DNA of 64,000 nt from an uncultured Chloroflexia bacterium (GCA_963752475.1 CAVVYR010000019.1:96001-160000); one strand, 5' to 3'; shown: positions 39,752-50,406, numbered from the stretch's first letter. The notes: generated by a model not told the origin, from the letters alone. Numbers and translations are program-made.

Positions 39752-40128
39752 GCGTTTCTCTCCGGTTCCTCGTCGAGGATGGCACGCAGCCGGTCGATCT
39801 CCGAGCGCGAGATGCGCTTCTCTTCCACGAGCCGCGTGACGATGGGTGCGAGCGAGCCGCCGGTCAACCGTCCGGCCAGCATCTCCAGCTGGCTGGTGGC
39901 GTACTCATCGCGACTGACGGTGGCCAGGAAGAGGTGGACCGGCAGATCGTCGTTGCGCGCGACGTAGCCCTTCTCCTGCAGGCGCTGCAGCAGTCGTTGC
40001 ACGGTCCCGTGCTGGTTCTTCTGATCGGCGTAGAGCTTCTCGCGGATCTGGCGCGCGGTGACGCGCCCGCCATCCCAGAGCAGCTCCATCACCGCCAGCT
40101 CGGCGTTAGCCAACGGCGGTCGTGTCAT
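39748..40128 (-). CDS. BlaI/MecI/CopY-family repressor
   Basis: LANAELAVMELLW, TVQRLLQRLQEKGYV, GGSLAPIV, EIDRLRAIL. Confidence 0.9.
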   Translation of the reverse strand: MTRPPLANAELAVMELLWDGGRVTARQIREKLYADQKNQHGTVQRLLQRLQEKGYVARNDDLPVHLFLATVSRDEYATSQLEMLAGRLTGGSLAPIVTRLVEEKRISRSEIDRLRAILDEEPERNA

Positions 40129-40169
40129 CACTGCGTCCTTGTTCTTCGGCACGGCGACAAGGGTACCAA

Positions 40170-40228
40170 TACGACGACGAGTCGTAAAGATACGACAATC
40201 TGTCGTACATATACGACAACTTGTCGTA
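40170..40228. promoter_or_regulatory. three tandem TACGAC-N5-GTCGTA operators at 21-bp period
   Basis: 40170-40186, 40191-40207 and 40212-40228, in the divergent intergenic region. Confidence 0.85.
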
Positions 40229-40318
40229 TAGTGAGGCTCCACCAAGCAAGGAGGGGCTCGTCCGGTCAAGTGAGAAAGCCGTGCCGGGCGTGCCCCAGGA
40301 GAGCAAAGGAAGGTCGAG

Positions 40319-40885
40319 ATGCCCCAGATCCGACACCTCGCAGCCACGACCGCGATCGTGGTCACACTCCTCCTCGTGTTCACGTCGGTCGCGGTGGCCC
40401 ACCCAGGCAAGCACCGCCCACCGCGCGGATTCGACAACCTGTGGATCGGCACGGCCGCAGCTGACCCCTACACCGCGCCCGACCGCAGCCGCGACAAGAT
40501 CCTCGGCCGGGCCGGGAACGATGTCCTTACCGCGGGCGACAAGAGTGACCTCGTCAGGGGCAACCGTGGCAACGACGCCGTCGAGGGCGGTGAAGGCCGT
40601 GACCGCATCCACGGTGGCTTCGGCGCCGACCGACTCTCGGGTGGCGAGCACGCCGACCGCATCTTCGGCGGCCCCGGCGCTGACGGCATCAACGGCGGCC
40701 CCGGACCGGACCGTATCAGGGCTGGCTTCGGCAACGACACCATCGTGGCCGACGACGGCACGCGCGACTTCATCAGGTGCGGCCCCGGCAGGGACACCGT
40801 CACCGCCGATGCCCGCGACCGCATCGCGAGGGACTGCGAGAACGTGACCCGTGTCCGCACTGACGACGGGTACGACACCGAATAG
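40319..40885 (+). CDS. secreted RTX-type Ca-binding repeat protein
   Basis: Signal peptide ending AVA; GGxGxDxIx repeats; RCGPGRD..RDCE C-terminus. Confidence 0.85.
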   Translation: MPQIRHLAATTAIVVTLLLVFTSVAVAHPGKHRPPRGFDNLWIGTAAADPYTAPDRSRDKILGRAGNDVLTAGDKSDLVRGNRGNDAVEGGEGRDRIHGGFGADRLSGGEHADRIFGGPGADGINGGPGPDRIRAGFGNDTIVADDGTRDFIRCGPGRDTVTADARDRIARDCENVTRVRTDDGYDTE

Positions 40886-41164
40886 GCACTCCCACTTCTC
40901 CACGGCCGAAGAGCGTCGGGCACGGGCCCGGCGCTCTTCGATTCCAGGTGCCGGGTGGATTCCAGGTGCCGGGTGAGTGAGCGCGCGCGTACGCGCGAAG
41001 CCGGCACCCTGGTCAATCCGCCATTCGTCCGATTCGTTGCGGCCCCGCAACGGCGCTGCGCGAATGGTGCGGTCAGGGGTGGTCGGGTAGTGGCTCGAGC
41101 CGCAGTCCCGGCGTATGCTGCGCACCTGCCGTCCCGGTCGTGTGGGACGAGAAGGATCGAGCCT

Positions 41165-43162
41165 ATGTCACTGCTAGAACGAGTAGAGGCAGCACGTAGA
41201 GGGGAAGCTGCCAAGACCCCCGGCACCGAGGGTGCCGGAGCGGTCGTGCCCGTCACGCCGCCGCCGACGACGCAGCAGCCCCAGGCGCAGGAGCCTGCCG
41301 TGCCGCGCGTTTCGCAGCGCGAGCAGAACTTCCGGGCCATCCGCATCCGCATCGAGGAAGCCGTCGCCGACACCCTTTCTCACCTCATCGATCTTTCGGA
41401 CCCGCAGGGCGTGCGCGCGAAGATGGCGCCGGAGATCGACAGCTTCGTTGCTGACTACATCATGGAGAACGATCTCAGCCTCACGCGCGACGAGCGCACG
41501 CGCCTGGTCCAGGGCGTCATCGACGAGGTCGCCGGGTTCGGGCCCATCGAGCCCTTCCTCGCGGACTCGACGGTCACCGAGGTCATGGTCAACGGCCCGT
41601 TCCAGGTCTACATCGAGCGGGCCGGCCGCATCGAGCGCACCAATGTCACCTTCCGTGACGACGAGCACGTGCACAACATCATCGACCGCATCATCACGCC
41701 GCTCGGCCGCCACATCGATGAGACCAGCCCTCGCGTCGACGCCCGCCTGCCGGACGGCTCGCGCGTCAACGCCATCATCAAGCCACTCAGCCTCATCGGC
41801 CCGGTCATCACCGTGCGCAAGTTCGCCACCCGGTTCACGGTCGAGCAGCTGATCGAGTTCGGCACGGCCTCGCCCGAGATGTTCGAGTTCCTCGATGCCT
41901 GCGTGAAGGCGCAGCTGAACATCTTCCTCAGCGGCGGTACCGGTTCGGGCAAGACCACGACCCTCAACGTGCTCTCCTCGTTCATCCCCGACGAGGATCG
42001 CATCGTCACCATCGAGGACGCAGCGGAGCTGCAGCTGAGCCAGCGGCACGTCATCACGCTCGAGGCTCGCCCGGCCAACCTCGAGGGCGAGGGCGAGATC
42101 ACCATCCGCGACCTCCTGCGCAATGCCCTGCACATGCGCCCCGACCGCATCGTCGTGGGCGAGTGTCGTGCCGGCGAGGCGCTCGACATGATCCAGGCCA
42201 TGACCACCGGCCATGACGGCTCGCTCTCCACCGGTCACGCCAACTCCCCTCCGGACATGCTGCGCCGCCTCGAGACGATGATCCTGATGACCGGATACGA
42301 GCTACCGATGCGCGCCATCCGCGAGCAGATCGCCAGCGCCGTCGACGTCATCGTCCACACCGCTCGTCTGCGCGACGGCTCGCGCAAGGTCGTCAGCATC
42401 ACCGAGGTCTACGGCGTCGAGGACGACGACATCCTGACTCAGGAGATCTTCAACTACGAGCAGACCGGCGTGGACCAGGAGGGCAACATCGAGGGCTATC
42501 TCAAGCCCACCGGCGTGCGGCCGAGCTTCATGCCCATGTTCAAGATGCGCGGTGTGGATCTGCCCGAGGGCGAGTACGGGATCCCGCCGGCCGACCCCAA
42601 CCAGCCGGCGCGAAGCGGCAAGGCTCGCTGGGGCATCGCCGGCGTGACCGAGGCACGTACGCAGTCCGCTGCGGAGGCCGGCCAGGGGCGTGCGTTCGAT
42701 GCCGGCGGCATGGTCTACGTCTCGGGTGTCGGCCCGGTCAAGCCAGAGACGGGCGAGGTCGCGAGCGGCGACCTCAAGCTCCAGACGCGCCAGTGCATGG
42801 AGAACCTCAAGGCCACGCTCGAGGAGCATGGCAGCTCCATGGAGGACATCGTCTGGGCCAACTGGGCGCTGCGCAACAGCTCCGAGTTCGATCAGTTCTA
42901 CGAGGAGTGGCTGCGCGCGTTCCCGAACGAGGCGCCGGTCGGCCAGGGCACGCTGATGCCGTTGTCGCAGCGACGTGCCGGGTTCCGCATCTCCATCGGG
43001 GTCATCGCCGCGACCCAGGTCGCTCAGCAGCCAGCGGCCGCCGAAGCCGCGCGTATCCCCGCGGTCATCTCGGTCCAGCGGGCCGGCGAGGCAGCCGTGC
43101 CGGCGCCACCCGAGCAGCCGCCCGCCGGCGTAGCCTCCGAGACGGACCCTCCCAAGAGCTAG
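41165..43162 (+). CDS. cpaF: CpaF/TadA pilus assembly ATPase fused to a C-terminal Rid (YjgF/UK114) domain
   Basis: DARLPDGSRVNA, GGTGSGKTT, MRPDRIVVGECR, TGHDG; then GGMVYVSG...QTRQCMENLKATLEEHGSSMEDIV. Confidence 0.85.
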   Translation: MSLLERVEAARRGEAAKTPGTEGAGAVVPVTPPPTTQQPQAQEPAVPRVSQREQNFRAIRIRIEEAVADTLSHLIDLSDPQGVRAKMAPEIDSFVADYIMENDLSLTRDERTRLVQGVIDEVAGFGPIEPFLADSTVTEVMVNGPFQVYIERAGRIERTNVTFRDDEHVHNIIDRIITPLGRHIDETSPRVDARLPDGSRVNAIIKPLSLIGPVITVRKFATRFTVEQLIEFGTASPEMFEFLDACVKAQLNIFLSGGTGSGKTTTLNVLSSFIPDEDRIVTIEDAAELQLSQRHVITLEARPANLEGEGEITIRDLLRNALHMRPDRIVVGECRAGEALDMIQAMTTGHDGSLSTGHANSPPDMLRRLETMILMTGYELPMRAIREQIASAVDVIVHTARLRDGSRKVVSITEVYGVEDDDILTQEIFNYEQTGVDQEGNIEGYLKPTGVRPSFMPMFKMRGVDLPEGEYGIPPADPNQPARSGKARWGIAGVTEARTQSAAEAGQGRAFDAGGMVYVSGVGPVKPETGEVASGDLKLQTRQCMENLKATLEEHGSSMEDIVWANWALRNSSEFDQFYEEWLRAFPNEAPVGQGTLMPLSQRRAGFRISIGVIAATQVAQQPAAAEAARIPAVISVQRAGEAAVPAPPEQPPAGVASETDPPKS

Positions 43163-43223
43163 GCTGCGCTCGGCACTCGTTGCGCCAGGCGATCAGGCCG
43201 GAGCCAGGCGTTGTAGCCATGCG

Positions 43224-43444
43224 TTGTAGCCATGCGTCGCCTGAGCCGACGCTCTGGGAGGCGACCGACCCGTCTTGTGGTCATGCGTCGCCTGAGCCGA
43301 CCTTGCGAGAGCCGATCGATCGGCCTTGTAGCCGGGCGTCGCCCGAGTCGACCCTATGCGGCGTGCTCGCCTCGGCTTGTAGCCACACGTCGCCTGAGAC
43401 GACCGTAGTCCAGGAGGCACGGACGCATAGTTGGACTACGGTCG
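43224..43444. repeat. four 27-bp repeats at 51-bp period plus terminal hairpin
   Basis: TTGTAGCCATGCGTCGCCTGAGCCGAC-like units at 43224, 43275, 43326, 43377; 13-bp IR 43400-43412/43432-43444. Confidence 0.75.
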
Positions 43445-43726
43445 CTTGGGCGGACATCCGTCCATGATCGGGCGCACCAGTGTCCAGATCACGCGTACGA
43501 GCTGGCTCGTGAACCGCGGATCGGGGTCCCTCGCCCGAGTCGGTTGACTACAAGCGCCCGTTGCGTCGGTGGGAGCGACATCCGACCATCGTGCCGTCCA
43601 GCCGAGGGGCCGCTGGTCGCCGCTGGTCGCCGCTGGTCGCCGCGACTCTGAGCCGCGACTCCGAACGGTGTAGGTTTGGCGCCCGGCGTGCGCGCGCACG
43701 ACCGGCAGAGGAGGTGGAGTGAACCC

Positions 43727-46093
43727 ATGACCGGCATCGACCCCAACAAGCTCTTCATCGGGCACAAGCTCGACGCCGATGGGCCGCTCACGGTCGATCC
43801 GGCCGACCTCACCACCCACGGCGTCATCGTGGGCATGACCGGCAGCGGCAAGACCGGCCTCGGCATCGACCTGCTCGAGGATGCGTTGCTGCGAGGGATC
43901 CCCTGTCTCGTCATCGACCCCAAGGGCGACATGGGCAACCTGCTGCTGACGTTCCCGGAGCTGCGCCCCGCCGACTTTCGGCCCTGGATCGAAGAGGCCG
44001 CCGCGGCTCGTGAGGGCATCACGCCCGACGCACTGGCGGCCAAGACGGCCCAGACCTGGCGCGACGGTCTCGCCCGCTCTGGCATCGAGCCGGAGCGCAT
44101 CGGCCGCCTCCGCCAGACCGCCGGCTTGACCATCTATACGCCCGGTTCCAGTGCCGGCGTGCCGCTCAACCTCATCGGCTCGCTCAGGGCTCCCGACTCG
44201 GCCGACGACATCGAGATCCTGCGAGACGAGGTCGAGGGCTTCACCTCTGGCCTGCTCGGGCTTGTCGGGGTCGACGCCGACCCACTTGCAGATCCTGCAC
44301 ACATCCTCATCGCCAACCTCGTCGAGCGCAGCTGGTCCGCTGGAGAGGACCTCGACCTGGCCACGTTGCTGGGTCAGATCCAGGACCCGCCGATGCGCAA
44401 GCTGGGTGTGCTTGACCTCGACGCCTTCTACCCACCCAAGGACCGTGCCGCACTGGCGCTGAAGCTCAACGGCTTGCTGGCCTCGCCGGCGTTCGCCTCC
44501 TGGAACCAGGGCCGGGCATCGGACATCGAGTCGATGCTCATGGCCGACGGCCGGCCGCAGGCCGCCATCGTCTCGGTCTCCCACCTGTCCGAGGCCGAGC
44601 GCATGTTCGTGGTCACGATGATCCTCTCGAAGATGGTCACCTGGACGCGGCGCCAGTCGGGCACCGGCGAGCTGCGCGCGCTCATCTACATGGACGAGGT
44701 CTTCGGCTATGTGCCGCCGACCGCCGCGCCGCCGGCCAAGAAGCCCATCCTGACCATCCTCAAGCAGGCTCGCGCGCATGGTGTGGGCATGGTCCTCTCG
44801 ACCCAGAACCCGGTCGATCTCGACTACAAGGCTCTCAGCAACGCCGGCACCTGGATGATCGGTCGGCTGCAGACCGAGCGCGACAAGGCCCGCCTGCTCG
44901 ACGGCATGACTTCCGCTGCCGGTGAGGTCGACCACGGCGCCATCGACGACACCATCTCAGCGCTCGACAAGCGCGAGTTCCTCTTCCACAGCACCCGGGC
45001 AGATGCTCCCGAGCGGTTCGGCACGCGCTGGGCCATGTCGTACCTGGCAGGCCCGCTGACGCGTGACCAGATCAAGTCCCTCACCGGCGACCTGGCCAGC
45101 GAGCCGGCCGAGCGCGATGCGCCGGGCACGTCCACGGAGTCCGCTCCGGAGCCCGAGTTGGCTGAGGACGAGACCAGCGTGGCCCCGGATGTGGCCGACG
45201 ACATCGACGTCTACTACCTCGACGCCGCGACACCGTGGGCCGCCGAGGTCGGCGCCGTGCCCGGCGGCACGCGACTCTCGCCGGCGCTGGTGACGCGCGT
45301 GCAGTTGCTCTTCGACGACACCAAGGCCGACCTGCGCGAGTCGGTCGAGTGGGAGGCCCTCGTGCCGGTGAGCGCCCGCGATGTCGACTGGTCAGAGGCT
45401 ATCGACGTCGACTACGACACCCGCGACCTGCGTCGCGACTCGCCCGATGGTGCCGCCTACGTCCTGACCGATGCGCCCATCGCCAACAAGACGTTCTTCC
45501 GCTCGGCCACGGCCGACCTCAAGAACCACCTGCATCGCAGTCAGACCGTGACGCTCCAGGCCAACCGCGAGCTGAAGCTGTACTCGCGCATCGAGGAGAC
45601 CGAGGCTGCGTTCGCCGAGCGCTGCCGCGGGGCCGCCGACGAGGCCAAGGACGAAGAGGTGGCCAGGATCCGCGACCGGCTCACAGCCAGGATGGACAAG
45701 CTCCACGTGGCCATCGCCAAGTACGAGGATCGCATCGAAGAGCTGGAGGCCGACACCCGCAACCGACGCAATCAGGACCTCATCTCCATCGGCAGCTCCG
45801 TGCTCGGAAGCATCCTCGGCGGGCGGGCCAGCACCACCACCATCGCTCGCTCCGCTGGCCGCGCCGCGACGCGCGGCCAATCCTCGGCCCAGCGCATCCG
45901 CACCATCGAGAACCGCATCGATGAGAAGAACGTCGACCTGGCCGATCTGGAGGACGATCTGCGCGAGGCCATCGCCGAGATCGAGGAGGAGTGGAACGAG
46001 AAGGCAGGGGCCATCGAGCCCCTCGAGATCAGCCTCGAGAAGAACGACATCAGCGTCGACGAAGTGGGCCTGCTGTGGCTGCCGATCGGCTGA
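43727..46093 (+). CDS. HerA/FtsK-like ATPase (DUF87/DUF853-like) with C-terminal coiled coil
   Basis: LTTHGVIVGMTGSGKT, YMDEVFG, STQNPVDLDYK. Confidence 0.8.
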   Translation: MTGIDPNKLFIGHKLDADGPLTVDPADLTTHGVIVGMTGSGKTGLGIDLLEDALLRGIPCLVIDPKGDMGNLLLTFPELRPADFRPWIEEAAAAREGITPDALAAKTAQTWRDGLARSGIEPERIGRLRQTAGLTIYTPGSSAGVPLNLIGSLRAPDSADDIEILRDEVEGFTSGLLGLVGVDADPLADPAHILIANLVERSWSAGEDLDLATLLGQIQDPPMRKLGVLDLDAFYPPKDRAALALKLNGLLASPAFASWNQGRASDIESMLMADGRPQAAIVSVSHLSEAERMFVVTMILSKMVTWTRRQSGTGELRALIYMDEVFGYVPPTAAPPAKKPILTILKQARAHGVGMVLSTQNPVDLDYKALSNAGTWMIGRLQTERDKARLLDGMTSAAGEVDHGAIDDTISALDKREFLFHSTRADAPERFGTRWAMSYLAGPLTRDQIKSLTGDLASEPAERDAPGTSTESAPEPELAEDETSVAPDVADDIDVYYLDAATPWAAEVGAVPGGTRLSPALVTRVQLLFDDTKADLRESVEWEALVPVSARDVDWSEAIDVDYDTRDLRRDSPDGAAYVLTDAPIANKTFFRSATADLKNHLHRSQTVTLQANRELKLYSRIEETEAAFAERCRGAADEAKDEEVARIRDRLTARMDKLHVAIAKYEDRIEELEADTRNRRNQDLISIGSSVLGSILGGRASTTTIARSAGRAATRGQSSAQRIRTIENRIDEKNVDLADLEDDLREAIAEIEEEWNEKAGAIEPLEISLEKNDISVDEVGLLWLPIG

Positions 46094-46173
46094 CCGACAG
46101 GTGTCTCGCGGCTGCCAGGGACGCTGTTTAGGGCCACTGGTCCCGCCCTCGCAGGTATAACGGGAGGCACGAT

Positions 46174-46194
46174 TGGTAGCGTTACCTGTATAGT
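46174..46194 (+). promoter_or_regulatory. LacI-like operator TGGTAGCGTTACCT abutting a -10 (TATAGT)
   Basis: Upstream of the sugar-binding protein gene. Confidence 0.5.
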
Positions 46195-46271
46195 GCCGCT
46201 ACAGCCTGCACACGATTGTTCCGGCGGAATGGAAGCCGGACAGCAGAGCTGGGAGGAATCGAAGGAGGACC

Positions 46272-47255
46272 ATGAAGACACGTGCAATCGCACTGACCGG
46301 AGCGATCGCTCTGACCGCGGCCATGGCGGCCCCGGCTGTTGCCCAGGACGAGATGGCCGGCCCCGAGGCGTTCACGCCCGAGGATGAGATCTACGTCCCT
46401 ATCGTCTCGAAGGGGTTCCAGCACCAGTTCTGGCAGGCCGTGAGCCTCGGCGCCGAGGAGAAGGCTGCTGAACTCAACATGGAGGTCAACTTCGACGGCC
46501 CCCCCACCGAGTCTGACGTCACAGATCCAGGTGGACATGCTCGAGGCCGAGTACCAGAAGAACCCGGACGCGGTCTGCTTCGCCGCGCTCGACAGCCAGG
46601 CTGCGCTGCCGACGCTCGAGAAGCTCCAGGCTGACGACATCCCCGTCATCGCGTTCGACTCCGGCGTCGAGGGTGACATTCCGATCACCACCGCCGCGAC
46701 CGACAACGTCGCTGCTGCCGCGCTCGCGGCCGACAAGATGGCCGAGGCCATCGGTGGGGCCGGCAAGGTCGGCGTCATCGTGCACGACTCGACCAGCCGT
46801 ACCGGCATCGACCGCCGCGATGGCTTCCTGAACCGCGTGGCTGAGGCCTACCCGGACATCGAGATCATCGGTCCCGACTTCGGCGCCGGCGAGCACCAGA
46901 AGTCGACCGACATCGCACTGGGCATGCTCGACGGCCAACCCGGACATGGCGGGCTTCTTCGGCGCCAACGAGGGCTCCGCGATCGGCGTCATCAACGCCG
47001 TCGAGCAGCTTGGCCTCGAGGACCTCGTCGTCATCGGCTATGACTCGGGCCAGTTCCAGATCGATGCCATCAACAGACGGCCTCATGTACGGCGCGGTCC
47101 AGCAGAACCCGGTCGGCATCGGCGCCAAGTGCGTCGAGGCGGCCGCGATGGCGCTCCAGGGCATGGAAGTGCCCGAGATGCTCGACACCGGCTTCCTGTG
47201 GGCCGATGCCGAGACCATCGACGACCCCGAGGTCGTGGCGGTCCTCTACAACTAG
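46272..47255 (+). CDS. sugar ABC substrate-binding protein (several frameshifts)
   Basis: [38 protein letters not shown] across frames. Confidence 0.8.
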
Positions 47256-47337
47256 ACCCCACCCGAACCAGGAGACCGACGGGGCTGCCGCGGTTCCAAG
47301 CGGCGGCCCCGTTCGTCCATCCCGAGCGAGGACAAGG

Positions 47338-48877
47338 ATGTCAGCTGACCTGCTCATCCGGATGCAGGGCATCGACAAGGCGTTCCCCGGCGTGCAAGCG
47401 CTGAAGGACGCCCGCTTCGAGCTCCGTCCCGGTGAGGTGCACGCGCTCGTCGGTGAGAACGGCGCCGGCAAGTCGACGCTGATGAAGGTCCTCACCGGCG
47501 TCTACCAAAGAGACGCAGGCACCATCGAGGTCGGGGGCCAGCAGGTAGAGGTTCCCAACCCACGCGCCGGCCGGGACCTCGGCATCGGCATGATCCATCA
47601 GGAGCTGGTGCTGGCCAACCACCTCACGGTGGCGCAGAACATCTACCTGGGCCGCGAGCCCCGCGGACGCCTCGGGCTTCACGCTCGACGACAAGGCGCA
47701 GGTCCGCCAGACCGAGGAGCTCATCAAGACGGCTCGGCCTGAAGCTCGACCCCACCGTCAAGTGTGGCGAGCTCAAGGTCGCACAGCAGCAGATGGTGGA
47801 GATCGCGAAGGCCCTTTCGCTCGATGCCTCCGTGCTCATCATGGACGAGCCCACCGCGGCCCTGACAGATACCGAGATCGAGGAGCTCTTTGGCATCATC
47901 CGCTCGCTGCGCGAGCAAGGGAAGGGCATCGTCCACATCAGCCACCGGCTCGAGGAGCTGCGCGCAGATCTCCGACCGCGTCACGGTCATGCGCGACGGC
48001 CAGCACGTCAACACCGTCATCACCGCGGACACCTCGGTCGACGACATCATCTCCATGATGGTGGGGCGCACGATCTACGAAGAGGCACCCATCGTGCCCG
48101 AAGACGCGGATCAGCAGCCGTACGTGTTGGAGGTCAAGGGCCTCTCGCGCGGACGCGCAGTGCGGGACGTCTCCTTCGGCTTGCGCAGGGGCGAGATCCT
48201 CGGCGTGGCTGGCCTCGTCGGCGCCGGTCGCACCGAGCTGGCCATGCTCATCTTCGGGGCTGACGCGCGGAGTCCGGCGAGATCATCGTGAAGGGCGAAC
48301 CGGTCGATCACCAGTCCGGCCCAGGCCGTGCAACTGGGCATCGCCTATCTCTCGGAGGACCGCAAACGCTACGGCTTGACCCTGGGGCTGGACTTGGAGA
48401 CCAACATCTCCCTGGCCTCGTTCAACAAGTTCCTCAAGTCACTCGGCCGCGTCGATACGTCACAAGACAAAGGCCGCCGCTGAGCAGCGCGTCGAGGAAC
48501 TCGACATCAAGACGCCGGGCATCAGCCAGAAGGCCCGCAACCTCTCCGGCGGCAACCAGCAGAAGGTCGTCATCGCCAAGTGGCTGACCGCGGAGATGGA
48601 CGTCCTCATCTTCGATGAGCCTACGCGGGGCATCGACGTGGGTGCCAAGCAGGAGATCTACCACCTGCTCAACGAGCTGGCCGCCGAAGGCAAGTCGATC
48701 ATCATGATCAGCTCGGAGCTGCCGGAGATCCTGCGCATGAGTCACCGCATCATCGTCATGTGCGAGGGCCGACTGACCGGGGAGCTGACCGCCGACGAGG
48801 CGGACCAGGAGAGGATCATGACACTCGCCACGCAGCGCGAATCGATCGCCGAACTCAAGGACTTGTCGAGGGTATAG
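47338..48877 (+). CDS. sugar ABC ATP-binding protein (several frameshifts)
   Basis: [40 protein letters not shown]. Confidence 0.8.
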
Positions 48878-49883
48878 ATGCAGCGCTCAGTGAAATCAGC
48901 CGGCAATCCATCCTCAGGTCGGATGCCGTCCAGCGCGTCCTCGCGCTCGGTGCGCTCGTCATCATCGCCGTCTTCTTCACGCTCGCGTCGCCGTTCTTCC
49001 TGACCACCAACAACGTCATCAACATCGTGCTGGCGACGTCGGTCGTGGGCATCCTCGCCATCGGCGTGACGTTCTCGATCATCACCGCGGGCATCGACCT
49101 CTCGGTCGGCACCAACCTGACGTTCTCGGCGGTGATCACCGGCATCGTCATCACCAACGCCGGCCTGCCGGTGCCCGTGGGCATCGTCTTCGGCGTCCTT
49201 GCCGGCGGTACGGTCTGGCCTCATCAACGGCACGCTCATCGCTCGCTTGGGACTGCCGCCGTTCATCGCCACCCTGGGCATGCTCAACATCGCGCGAGGC
49301 CTGGCGCTGGTCCTCTCCGACGTTCGCCCGGTCTACTTCCCGAACAATCCCGAGTTTGCCGAGTTCTTCGTGGCTCCATCATGGACTCGGTGACGCCCGG
49401 TTTCGACCTCCCGTTGCCCAACATCGCACTCGTCTTCTTCGGCTCTGCCATCCTGGCCTGGCTTCATCCTCTCCAAGACTATGCTCGGTCGCTACATCTT
49501 CGCCATCGGCAGCAACGAGGAAGCCACCCGCCTGTCCGGTGTGCGGGCGATGCGCTACAAGGCCTCGGCCTATATGCATCAGCGGACTCTTCGCCGGTCT
49601 GGCCGGCGTGATGCTCGCCGCGCGACTCAACTCGGGCCAGCCTGCCGACGGGCTTCGGCATAGAGCTCGAAGCCATCGCCGCAGCAGTCATCGGCGGCAC
49701 CTCTCTGAGCCGGCGGTGAGGGCACCATCTCGGCACCATCATCGGCGCCTTCATCATCAGCGTGCTGACCAACGGTTTGCGCCTGATGTCGGTATCCCTC
49801 AGGAGTGGCAGATCACCATCACCGGCGTCATCGTCATCGTCGCGGTCTACCTCGACATCCTGAGACGGCGCCAGAACGCGTGA
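48878..49883 (+). CDS. sugar ABC permease (several frameshifts)
   Basis: [40 protein letters not shown]. Confidence 0.75.
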
Positions 49884-49925
49884 CCGCGGCGCGGCAGGAC
49901 CGCGCATGGCACTCGACCCACGACC

Positions 49926-49958
49926 GAACCGCCCTCTGTCTGCCACAGGGGGCGGTTC
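49926..49958. terminator. hairpin terminator
   Basis: GAACCGCCCTCTGT...ACAGGGGGCGGTTC. Confidence 0.6.
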
Positions 49959-50029
49959 CCGTTCTGCTTCGCGCGACGCCTGCGGTTGGCGGAACGCCTT
50001 CAGGTCAGACGGCGCTGGCGCCGTGCGGG

Positions 50030-50344
50030 TCAGCGCAGCTTGACGGCCGTCCCGAAGGCGAGGATCTCGCTGACGCCGCTGGCGATCATCGACGTCGTGT
50101 AGCGGACGGCCACGATAGCGTCCGCACCCGCCGCTTCCGCGTTCTCGATCATCCGCTCGGTGGCCTCGTCACGCGTCTCGGTCATGAGGTTCGAGTACTC
50201 CGGCACCGCGCCGCCGAAGAGGTTGCGGAAGCCAGCCGTGATGTCGTAGCCCAGCCCACGAGCGCGGGCGGCGTTGCCGCGCACGATGCCGATGGTCTCG
50301 ACGATCTCACGGCCCTCGATGCGATCGGAGGTGGACAGGATCAT
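50030..50344 (-). CDS. YbjQ/UPF0145 family protein
   Basis: GIVRG, DITAGFRNLFGG, GADAIVAVRY, AFGTAVKL. Confidence 0.9.
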   Translation of the reverse strand: MILSTSDRIEGREIVETIGIVRGNAARARGLGYDITAGFRNLFGGAVPEYSNLMTETRDEATERMIENAEAAGADAIVAVRYTTSMIASGVSEILAFGTAVKLR

Positions 50345-50406
50345 CGGCTTTCCTCTCTGTGTCGTTCCAGCACCCGGCGTCCCTGCCGCTCGGCTAGGGT
50401 CGGGCG

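Noticed and set aside
40940-40975. 18-bp tandem duplication GATTCCAGGTGCCGGGTG
   Set aside because: Local duplication next to a terminator-like hairpin; no functional evidence
43224-43403. Calling the 51-bp array a CRISPR
   Set aside because: Only four degenerate repeats, 24-nt spacers, no AT-rich leader and no cas genes in the window
43611-43643. (CGCTGGTCGC)x3 tandem repeat
   Set aside because: Simple intergenic slippage repeat with no further support
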